From Octopus sinensis (Eukaryota): a DNA stretch of 64,000 bases. This document shows positions 52,576 through 64,000 of the stretch, in pieces; the first letter of the stretch is position 1; each line of letters starts with the position of its first letter. The notes under the pieces are model-generated. The model had not been told where the DNA came from and did not search any database. It saw only the letters and a list, made by a program, of their open reading frames with translations. Location of the stretch: the NCBI RefSeq assembly GCF_006345805.1, contig NC_042998.1:169384001-169448000 (forward strand), read 5' to 3'. Position numbers and translations under genes: made by a program.

Positions 52576-52791
52576 AAGGCAGCAAGCTGGCAGAAACATT
52601 GGCATGCGGGGCAAAATGCTTAGTGGTATTTTGCTTGTAGCTATGTTCTAAGTTCAAATTCTGCTGAGGTCAACTTTGCCTTTTATCCTTTCAGGGTTGA
52701 TAAATTAAGTACCAGTTGCGTACTGGCGTCGATCTAATCAACTGATCCCCTCACCAAAAATTTTGGGCCTTGTGCCTAGAGTAGAAAAGAA
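52576..52791 (+). mobile_element. tRNA-SINE with the same head/core as 33975-34198 but a different tail
   Basis: Head AAGGCAGCAAGCTGGCAGAAAC and the same core; tail CCCCTCACCAAAAATTTTGGGCCTTGTGCCTAGAGTAGAAAAG. Similar copy at ~48186-48410. Confidence 0.8.
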
Positions 52792-55700
52792 CATTTCAGA
52801 ATATGACAGGAACATCTTTAAGTTAAAATTTGATTTATAATCTGGCAATAACCCTCTATCTAAGAATTTCACTCTAGCAAACAATGAAACAACAGAAAAT
52901 AGCTCATAAACCAAATTATGGAATTGGTAATATAATCACAAAAAAGCAGATGTACAGTAAAACTAAGTTGGATAACAGAGTAAAGAGAGATTATAATGCA
53001 GCTAAAGAGAGGTTATCATTTAAACCAGCAATATCCAGCCCAAATATTCTTGTTTCATGTTCAAATTGACCAGATCCAGCCTATTATACCTACCTTATGT
53101 CATTCTAAAAATAAACAACATCATCGAAATCATGAAGCTACAAGATAAAGCATGATTAATTCAAAACAATGTGAATAAATGTTATCATCTGAATGAGTAA
53201 CCTGAATGCTAAAGGGTAACTAAGCAGTTTAAAATTTTATTCATCCTTAATGAAGTATTCTGAAGTGATATTTATTTTATTTTCATCTAACTGAACAGTT
53301 CTTGATCTCGTTTCAAGAATTTTAATAACAGACCTAACAGAAATATCAGCTAACAGGTGGAAATAGAACTCAAATAAACCCAGTGTCAAATATTACCTAA
53401 AGTTCTACATCGGAGATTGAAATAGATATTTAAAACAAGAGGTTGCCTAAAACTAAAAGATTAAGACAAATACAGCAAAAACCTAATTATTAATTTTAAG
53501 CAGAATTAACTGATCAAATGACTTCTTGGAAGTAGATGTTACCTAAATGACAGTGCTGAGGTGGTTGCAGTTTGAGTATAGTCACTATATAACAAAGTTG
53601 CAACTGTGAAACTTAACGTACTTTCATTTTAAAATATTTTCAATAAAAAAAATATATGAAGCAATAGTTGCTAGGAAGTTCTCTTTCATAAATTTAACAA
53701 ACACTTCTATTTGTCAATGCCAGATCAATAAATCAGCTAATTATTAAGCGAAATACTTAAAAAGAGTAAAACAATATACATAGGTGAGCAGAGAGAAAAG
53801 ATTTTTTTTTAAATAATCAAATCTTAAATTGAGAAAAAGACGAATTATCTATATAAGACATTCATCTTTGAATACGAAAACAACTTAACTTATAGCTCAG
53901 TATCATGCTAAAAATAAATCATATATGTGTCATTGATTCAGCGAATTTCCCGAAAACCAAAACCATATAGTTTTTTTTTTTTCTCTTTGTATCGGTCTGT
54001 ACATTTCCATTGTATTTGAATTGTGTGGACCTTATATATTAAAAACAACTTGAGGCATCAACCTTAAGATAAACTAAAACTGACGGCATCAGACTGCTGC
54101 CGAGCTTGGGCACCAACCTTGAATTTTAGTCGAACAAACCGATCCAAATACTCATTTGTTTTTAAACCTGATACTTATTTTATAGGCCTCTTTTGCCGAT
54201 CTGCTTAGTTACGGGGACGTAAACACACCCACACCGGTTGTCAAGCGGTGTGGCGGGTACAAACACAAAAACACAAACACATTGACACGCACACAACGGG
54301 CTTCTTTCAGTTTCAAATCCACTCAAGGCATTGGTCGACCCAAAGCTATAGAAGACACTTACCCAAAGTGCCCCACAGTAGGATTAAACCCAGAACCTGT
54401 GCCTGGTTAATTTTTTATTTTGTTTCAAGTATTTTATCTTCGACCATGCTGGGACACCGCCTTAAAGGGTTTAATTAAACAATTCAACACCAGTACTTGT
54501 ATTTAAACCTTGTAGGTATTCTACAGGTCCCCATTGCCGTACCGCTAAGTTACGGGGACGGAAACAAGCCAGTACTAGTAGTTAAGCGGTTGGAGGTGGG
54601 ACAAATGCAAACATACACACACAAACGACGGGCTTCTTTCAGTTTCCGTCTACCAAATCCATTGACAAAGCTTTGGTCGGCCCGGGACTATAGTGGAAGA
54701 CATTTGTTCATGGTGCCCCGCAGAGAGACTGAACCCGAAACCACGTGGTTGGGAAGCACGTTTCTTACCACCCAACCATATTTACGCCCCGTAGTGAACA
54801 GAATCATAAAACAGCAAGACAAGCAAAGCCATCATAACATTTTATAGTAAATCTTCGTTACTTGAAAAATGTGTACTGATGAAACGGTTACAAAAAGGAA
54901 AAGAAATTCCTAAGTACGTGTGCCATGACGAGAAGTGCAAACAGAGGGTACTGACCGTTTTTTTTTGTTTGGTTTTTAGTTTCTCCGTACCCCCAGCCTT
55001 CTCTTGAGGGGGGGGGGGCACTTTGCTGATTAAAGAATTGAATATCGGTTCAAGAATGAAGGCAGTGTTTTTTGTTTTTTTAATATGCGCGGTTTATGAA
55101 TATTCAAGGGGGAGCATACAAATTGCCATGTTTAATAAAGTTATGATCGTTCTTTAGGTTAAACATTAACCATTTTTTTAAAAACCATCATAACTCGTTG
55201 GCGAAGAAAGCTTTATTAGCTTTATTAAAGTGGATGAAAACTTTATTTTCCCATTAATAATTAGTGGAGTTGGGACTGATATTTGTCAGTAAAGACACCA
55301 TTATTGTTTCTCAGTGGGGCAGTTCGTCTTAAGTTTCAAAATTGACTTGTATAGCAAATGCATATATAACTGTACTAAATTTACACCACCGAGGGAATTT
55401 AAATTCAAAAAGTTATAATAAAGAAATATTGGTAGAATAGATAGATATCCATGAGGTTCACCAAGGAAGTAATATTATTGTTTAACAACAAAATATAAAC
55501 ATTTGAAGAGTTTATATGAATTAAAAAATTGGGTAAATTTTTACTATGAACACCAGGCTGGTTTGGGAAGTAAAATTTATATATTTGTGAATTTTAATCT
55601 TCTCAGTGAATTTTTCCATGAAAACTGCCAGAAATCACTATTATACTACAGTGAAAGTCAGACAGGTAGAATTGTAAAAAAACTTAACAAAAATTATACA

Positions 55701-56709
55701 AAATATATTTATTTTAAATACGCAGCTTTTGGGTGAATTTTTTTCTTCCTCATATATACTTTATATTCCTTTCAATTGATAAAACTATTATCTGAAAATG
55801 GTTTGATTTTGAGGAAATCAAACGGCCCTGAACAATTAAAAACAACGTAATTGAAAGAAGAAAAAAAACTGATAAGGCATCTCTTTCAATGAATAACGAA
55901 AGTTTTTTTTTTTGTATGTGTATGTATCCAGACTTTCTTGTATCTGAAAAATTGTACATTTTATATTGGTGTGTTGAAGTTGAGTCACTAAACAAGCATC
56001 AGAAAGACATGAATTGTCAATTAATCATCCAGTTTTTGTAGGTGTGGGCAATCTTTCAGGTGGTAGAAATGAATAACGATATGCCCTCGAACAGACATTT
56101 AACCCGTTAAGTACTTAGATATGATTGTATCCTAACACTTGTGAGTAAGACACTAACTAGAAATCGTGCATATTATTTACAAATCATTACCACTGATGTT
56201 ATAGATACCAATTACTACTTTTATTATTCAATAATAGAGCAAAATGGTTTATGTTATTTAGGTTATTTTGTCTGTAATAATTTCAATTTGTTACCTGATG
56301 AACAGATTTTGTATTTATCATAATTCAATAGTGTGCAAGCCAAAGAAACAGGACATTTAAACATTGTATATATTTATATATTCAAGACGCAAGTCTTGCC
56401 ACAAAAGTGATGCTACAATAACAATAACTACACTTGAATCAGATAAGCGTTGTAAATATATAATAAGCACAGGTATATGTATTAATCGGACATGAATTTA
56501 AAGTGTAAAGTAAAATAGATAAATGGAGTTGGCTAGTCGTAAAAATTTCAAGAGGACATCTAAGAAACGTAAAACGAAGGAAAAGAATGAAATTCTATCT
56601 CTTTAAGTAAAAGACACTTATGACCATTTCGCGCAACAGTTATTCAGTTAAAACAACAACAAATGAAAATGTAATCACTATAGCAAGGTTACAAATTATA
56701 TTTTCTTAC

Positions 56710-56870
56710 CTGTATTTTTAATCAAAATGGAGCGAAAGGTTAAAAAGTCTAATATGTATTAATAATAATGGTAAACTCCTGGCAAGTTAAGGAGCGGGAG
56801 TACTGAAGATTGATATAATGGCGTTACACCGCTGTTCAAGTTGCAATCACGTGTGCGAGATTTGATATTC
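56710..56870 (-). promoter_or_regulatory. Probable UBE2I 5'-UTR exon and promoter
   Basis: CAG|GTAAGA donor at 56710/56709. CpG-richer patch with ATGGCG (YY1-like) and CACGTG (E-box). An upstream exon is required because an acceptor precedes the ATG. Confidence 0.55.
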
Positions 56871-57318
56871 TACGAGAATTCATTTCCATACATCATTTAG
56901 AAATTTGAAATTTACTTAGAAGTTCATTCATATAAAAGGAATATAGTTTTAATTTTTAAAATTCAAAATACTAACAAATTTCAAATCTTTCTGTTTTTTT
57001 TTTCTCATTATTTATAATCATTTGGTAGAGTCGTCAGAGCTTCGGACAAAATGCCTTTTTAATATTTACGTTCGAGTTCAAATCCCGCTGAGGTCAACTT
57101 TTTATTTTTTATCCTTCTGGAGTCGATTAAGGGAAGGACGCGCATTCATTTTCGAGTAGAATTTTCAATACCAAACCTCGAACGTTTTTAACATGCCTTT
57201 TTAAAAAATGGTCTTTGGATTTCAAAGTTTTGAACATCAGAGATTCAGAATCTCTTTTCAATTTACCAATGGAAAAAAAAAATTATTTTAAATTTTTTTT
57301 GCATCTTGTAACAGAAAT

Positions 57319-58097
57319 GAATCTTTTTGGTTTGAACGGCAGTTTTTTCTAGCGGTGTCATATGAAATTGTCACCCATAATTATGACTCTAGTATCGATC
57401 TATTGCATTTCTATCTGTTTTAAGGTTAGGGTTAGGGGTGGGGGAAGGGTATCTTTTTTCTTCACAAATGTAAGTAAACCCAATCTGTTTCTTAAACGAG
57501 GGACATATTCAAACGGCACAGAATATTTTTACCTCAATGGACGTCACTGATTGGTTGAAATTGCAGAAATCTCTCTCTATATAAACGGCAGTTTGTCTGT
57601 GCGTTTTCTGTGTGTCTGTTTTCTCGTACCCTCACTCTGACCACGGCTTTCAACCGATTCTGATGAAACTTGACACACACATAGCCCAATGTCATAATTC
57701 AAAACTAACGCAGCGAAAATTTTGAAAAGTTCCCCCAGTTCTGAAAAAAATCGATAAATTCGATATGGGGTCGAGAATCAGAAATCCAACCACAGACCGT
57801 CTAGGGACGCAACTCCACCTTTTTTTAACTCTCAAAAAAATTTACCATCATTTTTTTTCCATTTTTTTGCTATTTTTTGGCTATAACTCTCTAAAAATGC
57901 TTTATAGTTATTTCCCTTACAAACCTGAGCAACGCCGGGCGATACTGCTAGTTTAAGAATAAAAAACAAATATCTTACAAACCATGGAATTTTCTCAATA
58001 AAGCCAAGAGAAAAAGATGTTTTATAAACACATTCTACCAGTATACGAAGTTACCTAGAAATTATGTTAAAAACTGCCGTTCAAACCGAAAAGATCC
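57319..58097. mobile_element. Merlin-like (CCCTAA) MITE, reverse orientation, interrupted by a Helitron
   Basis: Same TIRs as 12808-13214. CAGAAAT is duplicated at 57312-57318 and 58098-58104. Confidence 0.8.
57570..57951 (+). mobile_element. Non-autonomous Helitron
   Basis: Inserted at A|T with no TSD. 5' TC end, GTCTGT-rich subterminal tract, 3' GC hairpin CCTGAGCAACGCCGGG and CTAG terminus. Confidence 0.8.
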
Positions 58098-58608
58098 CAG
58101 AAATTGATTATGCACAAATGAAGTACTCTTGCTTGTATATAAAAATTCTTTCGTTTGCATATGAAGTGTATGAGAATATTTTGTTGGCATTTGTAATTTT
58201 AATTTTGTTTGAAACTATAAAAGCAAGAACACTAAATTTTCAGAAAGTGAAACTACTAATCGTTTCAAATGCAAACAATATAAATCTATATCAATATCTG
58301 TCTATAGGCATAGGCATGGCTCTGTAAGAAACTTCCTTCTCAACCACATGGCTCCGGGTTCAGTTCCACTGTGTGGAACCTTGGGCAAATGACTTCTACT
58401 GTAGCCTTGGGCTGACCAAAGCCTTGTGAGCGGATTTGGTAGATAACACGTTGCTTTCAGTCTGCCATGTGTGTGTGAGTCTGTGTTTGTCTCCCACCAC
58501 CATATGACAACCAGTGTTGGTGTGATTATGTCCCGTACCTTAGCAATTTGGCAAAATAAACCAATACCAGGCTTAAAATAAAAAGAAAAGTTCTGGGGTC
58601 GATTCATT

Positions 58609-59008
58609 GGATCTTTTCGGTTTGAATGGCAGTTTTTAACATAATTTCTAGGTAACTAAAAAATGTTAAACTTCGTATACTGGTAGAATGTGTTTATAAA
58701 ACATGTTTTTCTCTTGGCTTTATTGAGAAAATTCTATGGTTTGTAAGATATTTGTTGTTTTTTTCTGCAATTTCAACCAATCACTGATGTCCATTGAGGT
58801 AAACAACATTCTGTGCCGTATGAATATGTCCCACGTTTAAGAAACAGATTGGGTTTATTTATATTTGTGAAGAAAAAAAGATACCCTTCCCCCACCCCTA
58901 ACCCTAAAATAGATTAAAATGCAATAGATCGATACTAGGGTCATAATTATGGGTGACAATTTCATATGACACCGCTAGAAAAAACTGCCATTCAAACCGA
59001 AAAGATCC
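58609..59008. mobile_element. Merlin-like (CCCTAA) MITE inserted in a SINE
   Basis: TIRs as above; exact 8-bp TSD GATTCATT (58601-58608 and 59009-59016). Confidence 0.85.
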
Positions 59009-59465
59009 GATTCATTTAACTAAAAAATTCTTTGAAAGAGGTGGCCTTAATGACTAAAACAAATAAAAGGCAAAAGATGTGTGTGTGTGTTTGTGTGCGC
59101 TTAGCAGCATTTACCTTTCAAAGTCAATAAAATATGTATCAGTTGAGCACTGAGGTCATTCTAATTGACTTCCTCCTTCTCTGAACTTGCTGGCTTTGTG
59201 TCAAAATTTGAAATCAGTATCTGTCTGCATGTATGCCTGCATACATAGTAATATTTCACTTAGGCATAGTGACACTAATAACCTAATGTTAAAATTCAAT
59301 ATAAATATGCTTCGGAATAAAGTGTTGCTTAAATACAGAGCGTAATATGGAAATAGATAAATGACAAAAGGAAATGATGGTGCTCAAGTACTGCTCTTAT
59401 AGCAGAAGTAGCTCTAAGCTGATGAAGTTCATAGCATAATTTCCTGTTCCTTTATAATTTATTTA

Positions 59466-59512
<47 letters not shown>

Positions 59513-60032
59513 TATATATATAATAGGTGCATATTTATTAAATTATTGTATATTTTAAATTGTAAATATTTAATTGCTACAGCTACTTCACCCTTTTATG
59601 TTTGTCTGTTCTTGCTCGTCCTCTCTTTGTAATGCATTCATGGCAAATATTTATGAAATAAAGTAGCTTGCTTCTCAACCATATGGTTCCGGGTTTATTC
59701 CCACTGCATTGCACCTTGGGCAAGTGTTTTCTACTATAGCCTCAGGCCAACCAAAGCCTTGTGAGTGGATTTGGTAGACGGAAACTGAAAGAAGCCAGTT
59801 GTATTTATGTATATATATATGTATGTTTATGTGTCTGTCTTTGTCCCCCCAACATCGCTTGACAACTGATGCTGGTGTGTTTACATCTCCATAACTTAGT
59901 GGTTCAGCAAAAGAAACCAACGAAGTACTAGGCTTCCAAAGAATAAGTCCTGGGGTCGATTTGCTCGACTAAAGGCAGTGCTCCAGCATGGCCGCAGTCA
60001 AATGACTGAAACAAGTAAAAGAATAATATATA

Positions 60033-60440
60033 TAAATATTTTTATTTCGTAATGAGATAAAAAAAACCAAGGCTGTTTAGATTTAAGAACATTTATAGAT
60101 AGAATGTCTTAGAGCTGTTTCCAGGATATTTATAATATCCATCTATTGGATTTTACTCATAAGGTACTGGAATATTATATGTATAACATTCTGCCTAAAA
60201 AATGGATCTACAAATGCAATAACCCTACATATCTCACATCTATTTCCTTTTATTTCCTCTACCTCACTCTCTATCTTATATTTTATCTAAATTAACTATT
60301 TCTTAACCATCCTCTCACACCGTCTCCGATGAAGGGATATAATAAATATCCTGGAAACAGCTGTAAGACCTATCTATAAATGTTCTAAAATCTACACAAC
60401 CTTGGTTTTTTATCTCATTATGAAATAAAAAAATTTATTA
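60033..60440 (+). mobile_element. Penelope-like non-coding element with inverted 5' partial repeat and hammerhead motif
   Basis: 60033-60140 is the reverse complement of ~60334-60440. Hammerhead motif at 60322-60369. Confidence 0.75.
60322..60369 (+). ncRNA. Minimal type-I hammerhead ribozyme motif
   Basis: Stem I GTCT/AGAC; core CCGATGA (U4C variant); stem II GGGATAT/ATATCCT; GAAAC; stem III AC-AGCT-GT with palindromic loop; cleavage triplet GUA. Confidence 0.7.
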
Positions 60441-60584
60441 TATACACACGCTGACATATGACCAACGTTGAACCCCTTATTTGCATAATCACTGAACCTG
60501 GAACTTAACAGCAGTCCATCTATAGCACTTATTCAGCATTACCTGACACCTTTGGGTCTTAATGACACCATTATCTCTCATAAC

Positions 60585-60619
<35 letters not shown>

Positions 60620-60652
60620 ATATATATATATATGTATTTATATATAAATAAA

Positions 60653-61925
60653 CACGAGGGGAAGTCAAAAATTATCTACACTTCTGCCATATCATATCTT
60701 CTGTACATGCATACTTATAGTTGGTACTATTGTGGTCACATGATTGAAGTTTGAGCCTGATTACGCCATTTTTCTTTCTGGATTTATAGTGTAAGCATGG
60801 CTGTTCCACTATCCATGTGCACCAAAGAAGAACAAAGAGCAGTGATCTGATTTCTCTGGCCAGAATGTGTGTCAGGTGCTGAAATTCATCAGGGGCTCTT
60901 AGCACAATACGGGGACAGTGCACTACTCAGTAGAAGTGTGTATAAGCAGATTGAGAAGTTTAAAAGTAGTTGGATAGGTGTGATGCATGTAGAGGGAGTA
61001 GCATGCCCATCAACCTCCACCACTGACAAGGAAAATTCAGCAAGCTCAAGAGATGGTACTAGTGAACTGGCAACTTATGATCAATGAGGTAGCTTGTTCT
61101 CTGCAGATTAGTCATGGTTCTACCAATCAAATCGTCCACAATGAGCTCAGCTTCTATAAAGTCTGTGCAAGATGGGTGCCAAAAGAGCTTACCACAGAAA
61201 ACAAGCTCAAACATCTTGAGGTTTGCCAACATTTACTCAGTCACTATAATGAGGGCGAAGAATTTTTGAGCAAAATAGTCACAGGAGACGAAACATGGGT
61301 CCATCATTATGAGGCAGAATCCAAAAGACAGAGTATGGAGTGGAAACATCTTGGCTTGCTAGCAATGAAGAAATTCGACACTCAGCCTTTGACAAGAAAG
61401 GTGATGCTAACCCTTTTTGGGGACTCAAAAGGGCCTATACTGGAAGAATACCTGGAAAATGAGTGTAGAATCAAGAGTGTAAGATATAGTGCTTTGCTGG
61501 CCAACTAACTGAAGCCAGCAATTCATATGAAACTCCAAAGCCTGTTGTTGAAAAAGGATTTGTTGTTGCAAACAGCTGCCCAGACTATTGGAACCATTAA
61601 CCAATTTTGTTTTGGGGTCCTAGAACACCCTGCTTACAGCCCAGATCTCACTTCTTCCGATTATCATATCTTTGGACCATTCAAAGATGGTTTACAAGGT
61701 TGTTCATTTCCTACAGATGAAGATGTGAAGGCAGCAGTGCATAAATGGTTGCACAACCAACTGAAAACCTTCTTCTTCAAGGGAATACGCAAGTGTGTGG
61801 ACTGCTGGACCAAGTGCATCGAAAAAGAAGGAGACATATATGGAAATGTGACGTACTTGTTTATCCCCTGCTTTTGGTAAATACATTGAAAAATCAAGAG
61901 TGCATATAATTTTTTACTCTCCGTG
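60653..61925 (+). mobile_element. Full-length degenerate mariner (DD34D) transposon
   Basis: TIR CACGAGGGGAAGTCAAAAATTAT with inverse at the right end. Motifs RWVPKEL, IVTGDETWVHHY and HPAYSPDLTSSDYHIF; stops and frameshifts present. Confidence 0.92.
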
Positions 61926-61949
61926 TATATATATATGTGTGTGTGTGTG

Positions 61950-61981
<32 letters not shown>

Positions 61982-62009
61982 CTATTGAAAAAATACACAT
62001 ACATTTATT

Positions 62010-62157
62010 TATTTATTTATTTCCTCCATGTTACTTGTACACATTGAAAAAATACACATACATTTATATATATATATATATATAAAACTGTTCGATGAAC
62101 GGCAACGGGAAACTCAGAGTAACAGGTTTTGCTGAATTTTCTGCTGCTTTAAATAAA

Positions 62158-62219
<62 letters not shown>

Positions 62220-62367
62220 TTTATTTAAAGCAGCAGAAAATTCAGCAAAACCTGTTACTCTGAGTTTCCCGTTGCCGTTCATCGAACAGTTTTATATATA
62301 TATATATATATAAATGTATGTGTATTTTTTCAATGTGTACAAGTAACATGGAGGAAATAAATAAATA
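62010..62367. repeat. Near-perfect ~360-bp palindrome centred on (TA)n, arms carry a degenerate hammerhead motif
   Basis: Arms are reverse complements around (TA)n at ~62163-62213; the ORF track shows the same peptide on both strands. Motif CTGT-TCGATGA-ACGGCAACGG-GAAAC-TCAGA-GTA-ACAG. Confidence 0.85.
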
Positions 62368-63374
62368 GTTACCAGGGTATCAAAAATTCACATAAGTACC
62401 AAGGCTGTTACAGCCCACTTATAAAGGTAGAAATTCCAGGGTTTAGTGAAATGTTTTTGTACAACAGATAAATAAAGAAACAGAGTTAAATATAGGAGTT
62501 ATTCAAATCTTTGAAGTTGCTGTGAAACTTTGCAAACATGTTAAAGTAACATCCAGTTTGTTACTAGGTTTATTGAAGTTTAATAAAAATCTATAATTGG
62601 ATGGCTAGGGCCCCTAGAAGTGGTCCACATATATAACCAATATATTTCCCCTTAACAGCCAAGGGAAATAACCCATTTATTTTCCTTTGATCACTATAAA
62701 CTCTACCAAGCCTGGTATTATGTAACATGCTTCATAATTTTGGTATACATACATACTTTATTGGTATTTCCTCCTAAGTTCTATACACTCTGGAAACGTA
62801 TTAAAGCCCTTTTGGGGGCTACTTTATTTGAATTCTTACTATCGGGGTAACCAATTTCATGTTACTACGTAACTGACTTCATGATTTGGGTATTCATAAC
62901 TTATTAGGATTTCCTAAAACCAAGATCCTGTGTAAGACAGTTCAGTATTTTCTGTAAATGTACAAAAACCATTTTAAGGGCTACATACTTATATTTATTG
63001 CTATTGGATTAGTGAACAATTATGAGAACGGAACCAAGGAATAAGCCCCATTTTCCAGGAATTAAAGGGTGTGCCAGCTAGTATACTTATAAAATTATAT
63101 ATTATATATATATATATTCTATTAATTTTTAATTTTAATTGGTTATTACATGCTGACTACCTGATAAAATCAAATATAGATTTTATCTTTACTCTTAATA
63201 TATATATATATATATATAAATATAAGAAATTAATGTAAACAGCAAGTTACAATGTTTCACCAAAAAGGAGAATTATATTAAATGTCACTAAATGTGACTA
63301 GGGTGTTAAAAACACCTACATTGTTAGAAATAACAGCTAAATTGGTCTATTGCTATACACACACATATATATAT

Positions 63375-63407
<33 letters not shown>

Positions 63408-64000
63408 ATATATATATATATATTAAGGTATGTAGAAAAATACAACATGGACAAGAACGTATAACTCTTAGAAGACGATACAATAAACACGGACAGGACA
63501 TTCGAAACCCTCAGTCTTCAGTCAAGAACCGGATCATCGTAGTAATTTCGGCTGATTAATCTTGAGATTACTAGATCACGGCCAGCCCTCCAAGAAAAAC
63601 TAGGCAACGAGCATTAGAAAAACTAAGCTGGGAGCGTAGATTTCCTGGAAGAAGGATCGAATGCATACGGACACCAGGACAGCAAAAGGGACGAATATAA
63701 AAAAACAAAAAAATAATGGAATACAGAAACATGAAATACAGAAGCATTAACGGTGAAAACAACAACAAGTGTCTTACGACTGATAACAAGCAAACAAATT
63801 TTTTTTCCTCTGGCGCAAGGAAAGGAGCCTTATTGGCGATGCCTATAGCGGCGGACGAAAAACAACGATGTTAACACGACGCTGGTCAGAAGCTGAAAGG
63901 CAGATTTCGGCCAGCAGTCACGTGACAGAGGAGAGAGAAAAGAAAAGAAAGAGAAGATAACAAGCATATATATATATATATATATTCAATTAGTCTCATT

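Noticed and set aside
62064-62313. Identical 72-aa ORFs on both strands
   Set aside because: A consequence of the palindrome and (TA)n; not coding.
62370-63060. Penelope GIY-YIG coding remnant next to the palindrome
   Set aside because: I could not recover convincing GIY-YIG or RT motifs by eye.
63480-63600. Possible further hammerhead (CTGAAGA; GGCTG...CAGCCGAAA) on the minus strand
   Set aside because: The motifs are in the wrong order or spacing to build the core; probably a different repeat.

Overview
Eukaryotic, AT-rich, repeat-dense animal DNA. The SINE families and (TA)n/(CA)n microsatellites suggest an octopus (coleoid cephalopod) genome; this is my recollection and is not verified. 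Two host genes lie on the minus strand. One is a complete 6-coding-exon UBE2I/Ubc9 SUMO E2 gene (159 aa, CDS 51615->35886, likely 5'-UTR exon near 56710-56850). The other is an unrecognised 263-aa ORF (20967->20176) with NLS and KEN-box-like motifs and a probable 5'-UTR exon near 25577-25860. The first 12 kb are a same-orientation stack of four Tx1-clade (L1 group) non-LTR retrotransposons from at least three families, with a fifth ORF1-only fragment at 16.1-17.1 kb. The window also holds a CRE-clade RLE retrotransposon, mariner/maT/Tc1/piggyBac relics, Merlin-like MITEs carrying (CCCTAA)n (one an ~800-bp palindrome), a Helitron and many tRNA-SINEs. Two candidate systems stand out. (1) A tRNA-SINE shares its 3' ~45 nt with the Tx1 3' terminus (...GTAATAAAGAAATA, no poly-A) and forms a head-to-tail trimer, just as the Tx1 elements stack at each other's 5' ends. 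(2) Several unrelated Penelope-style repeats carry minimal hammerhead-ribozyme motifs, including one with a tRNA/Pol III head. All identities were judged by eye; no searches were run.
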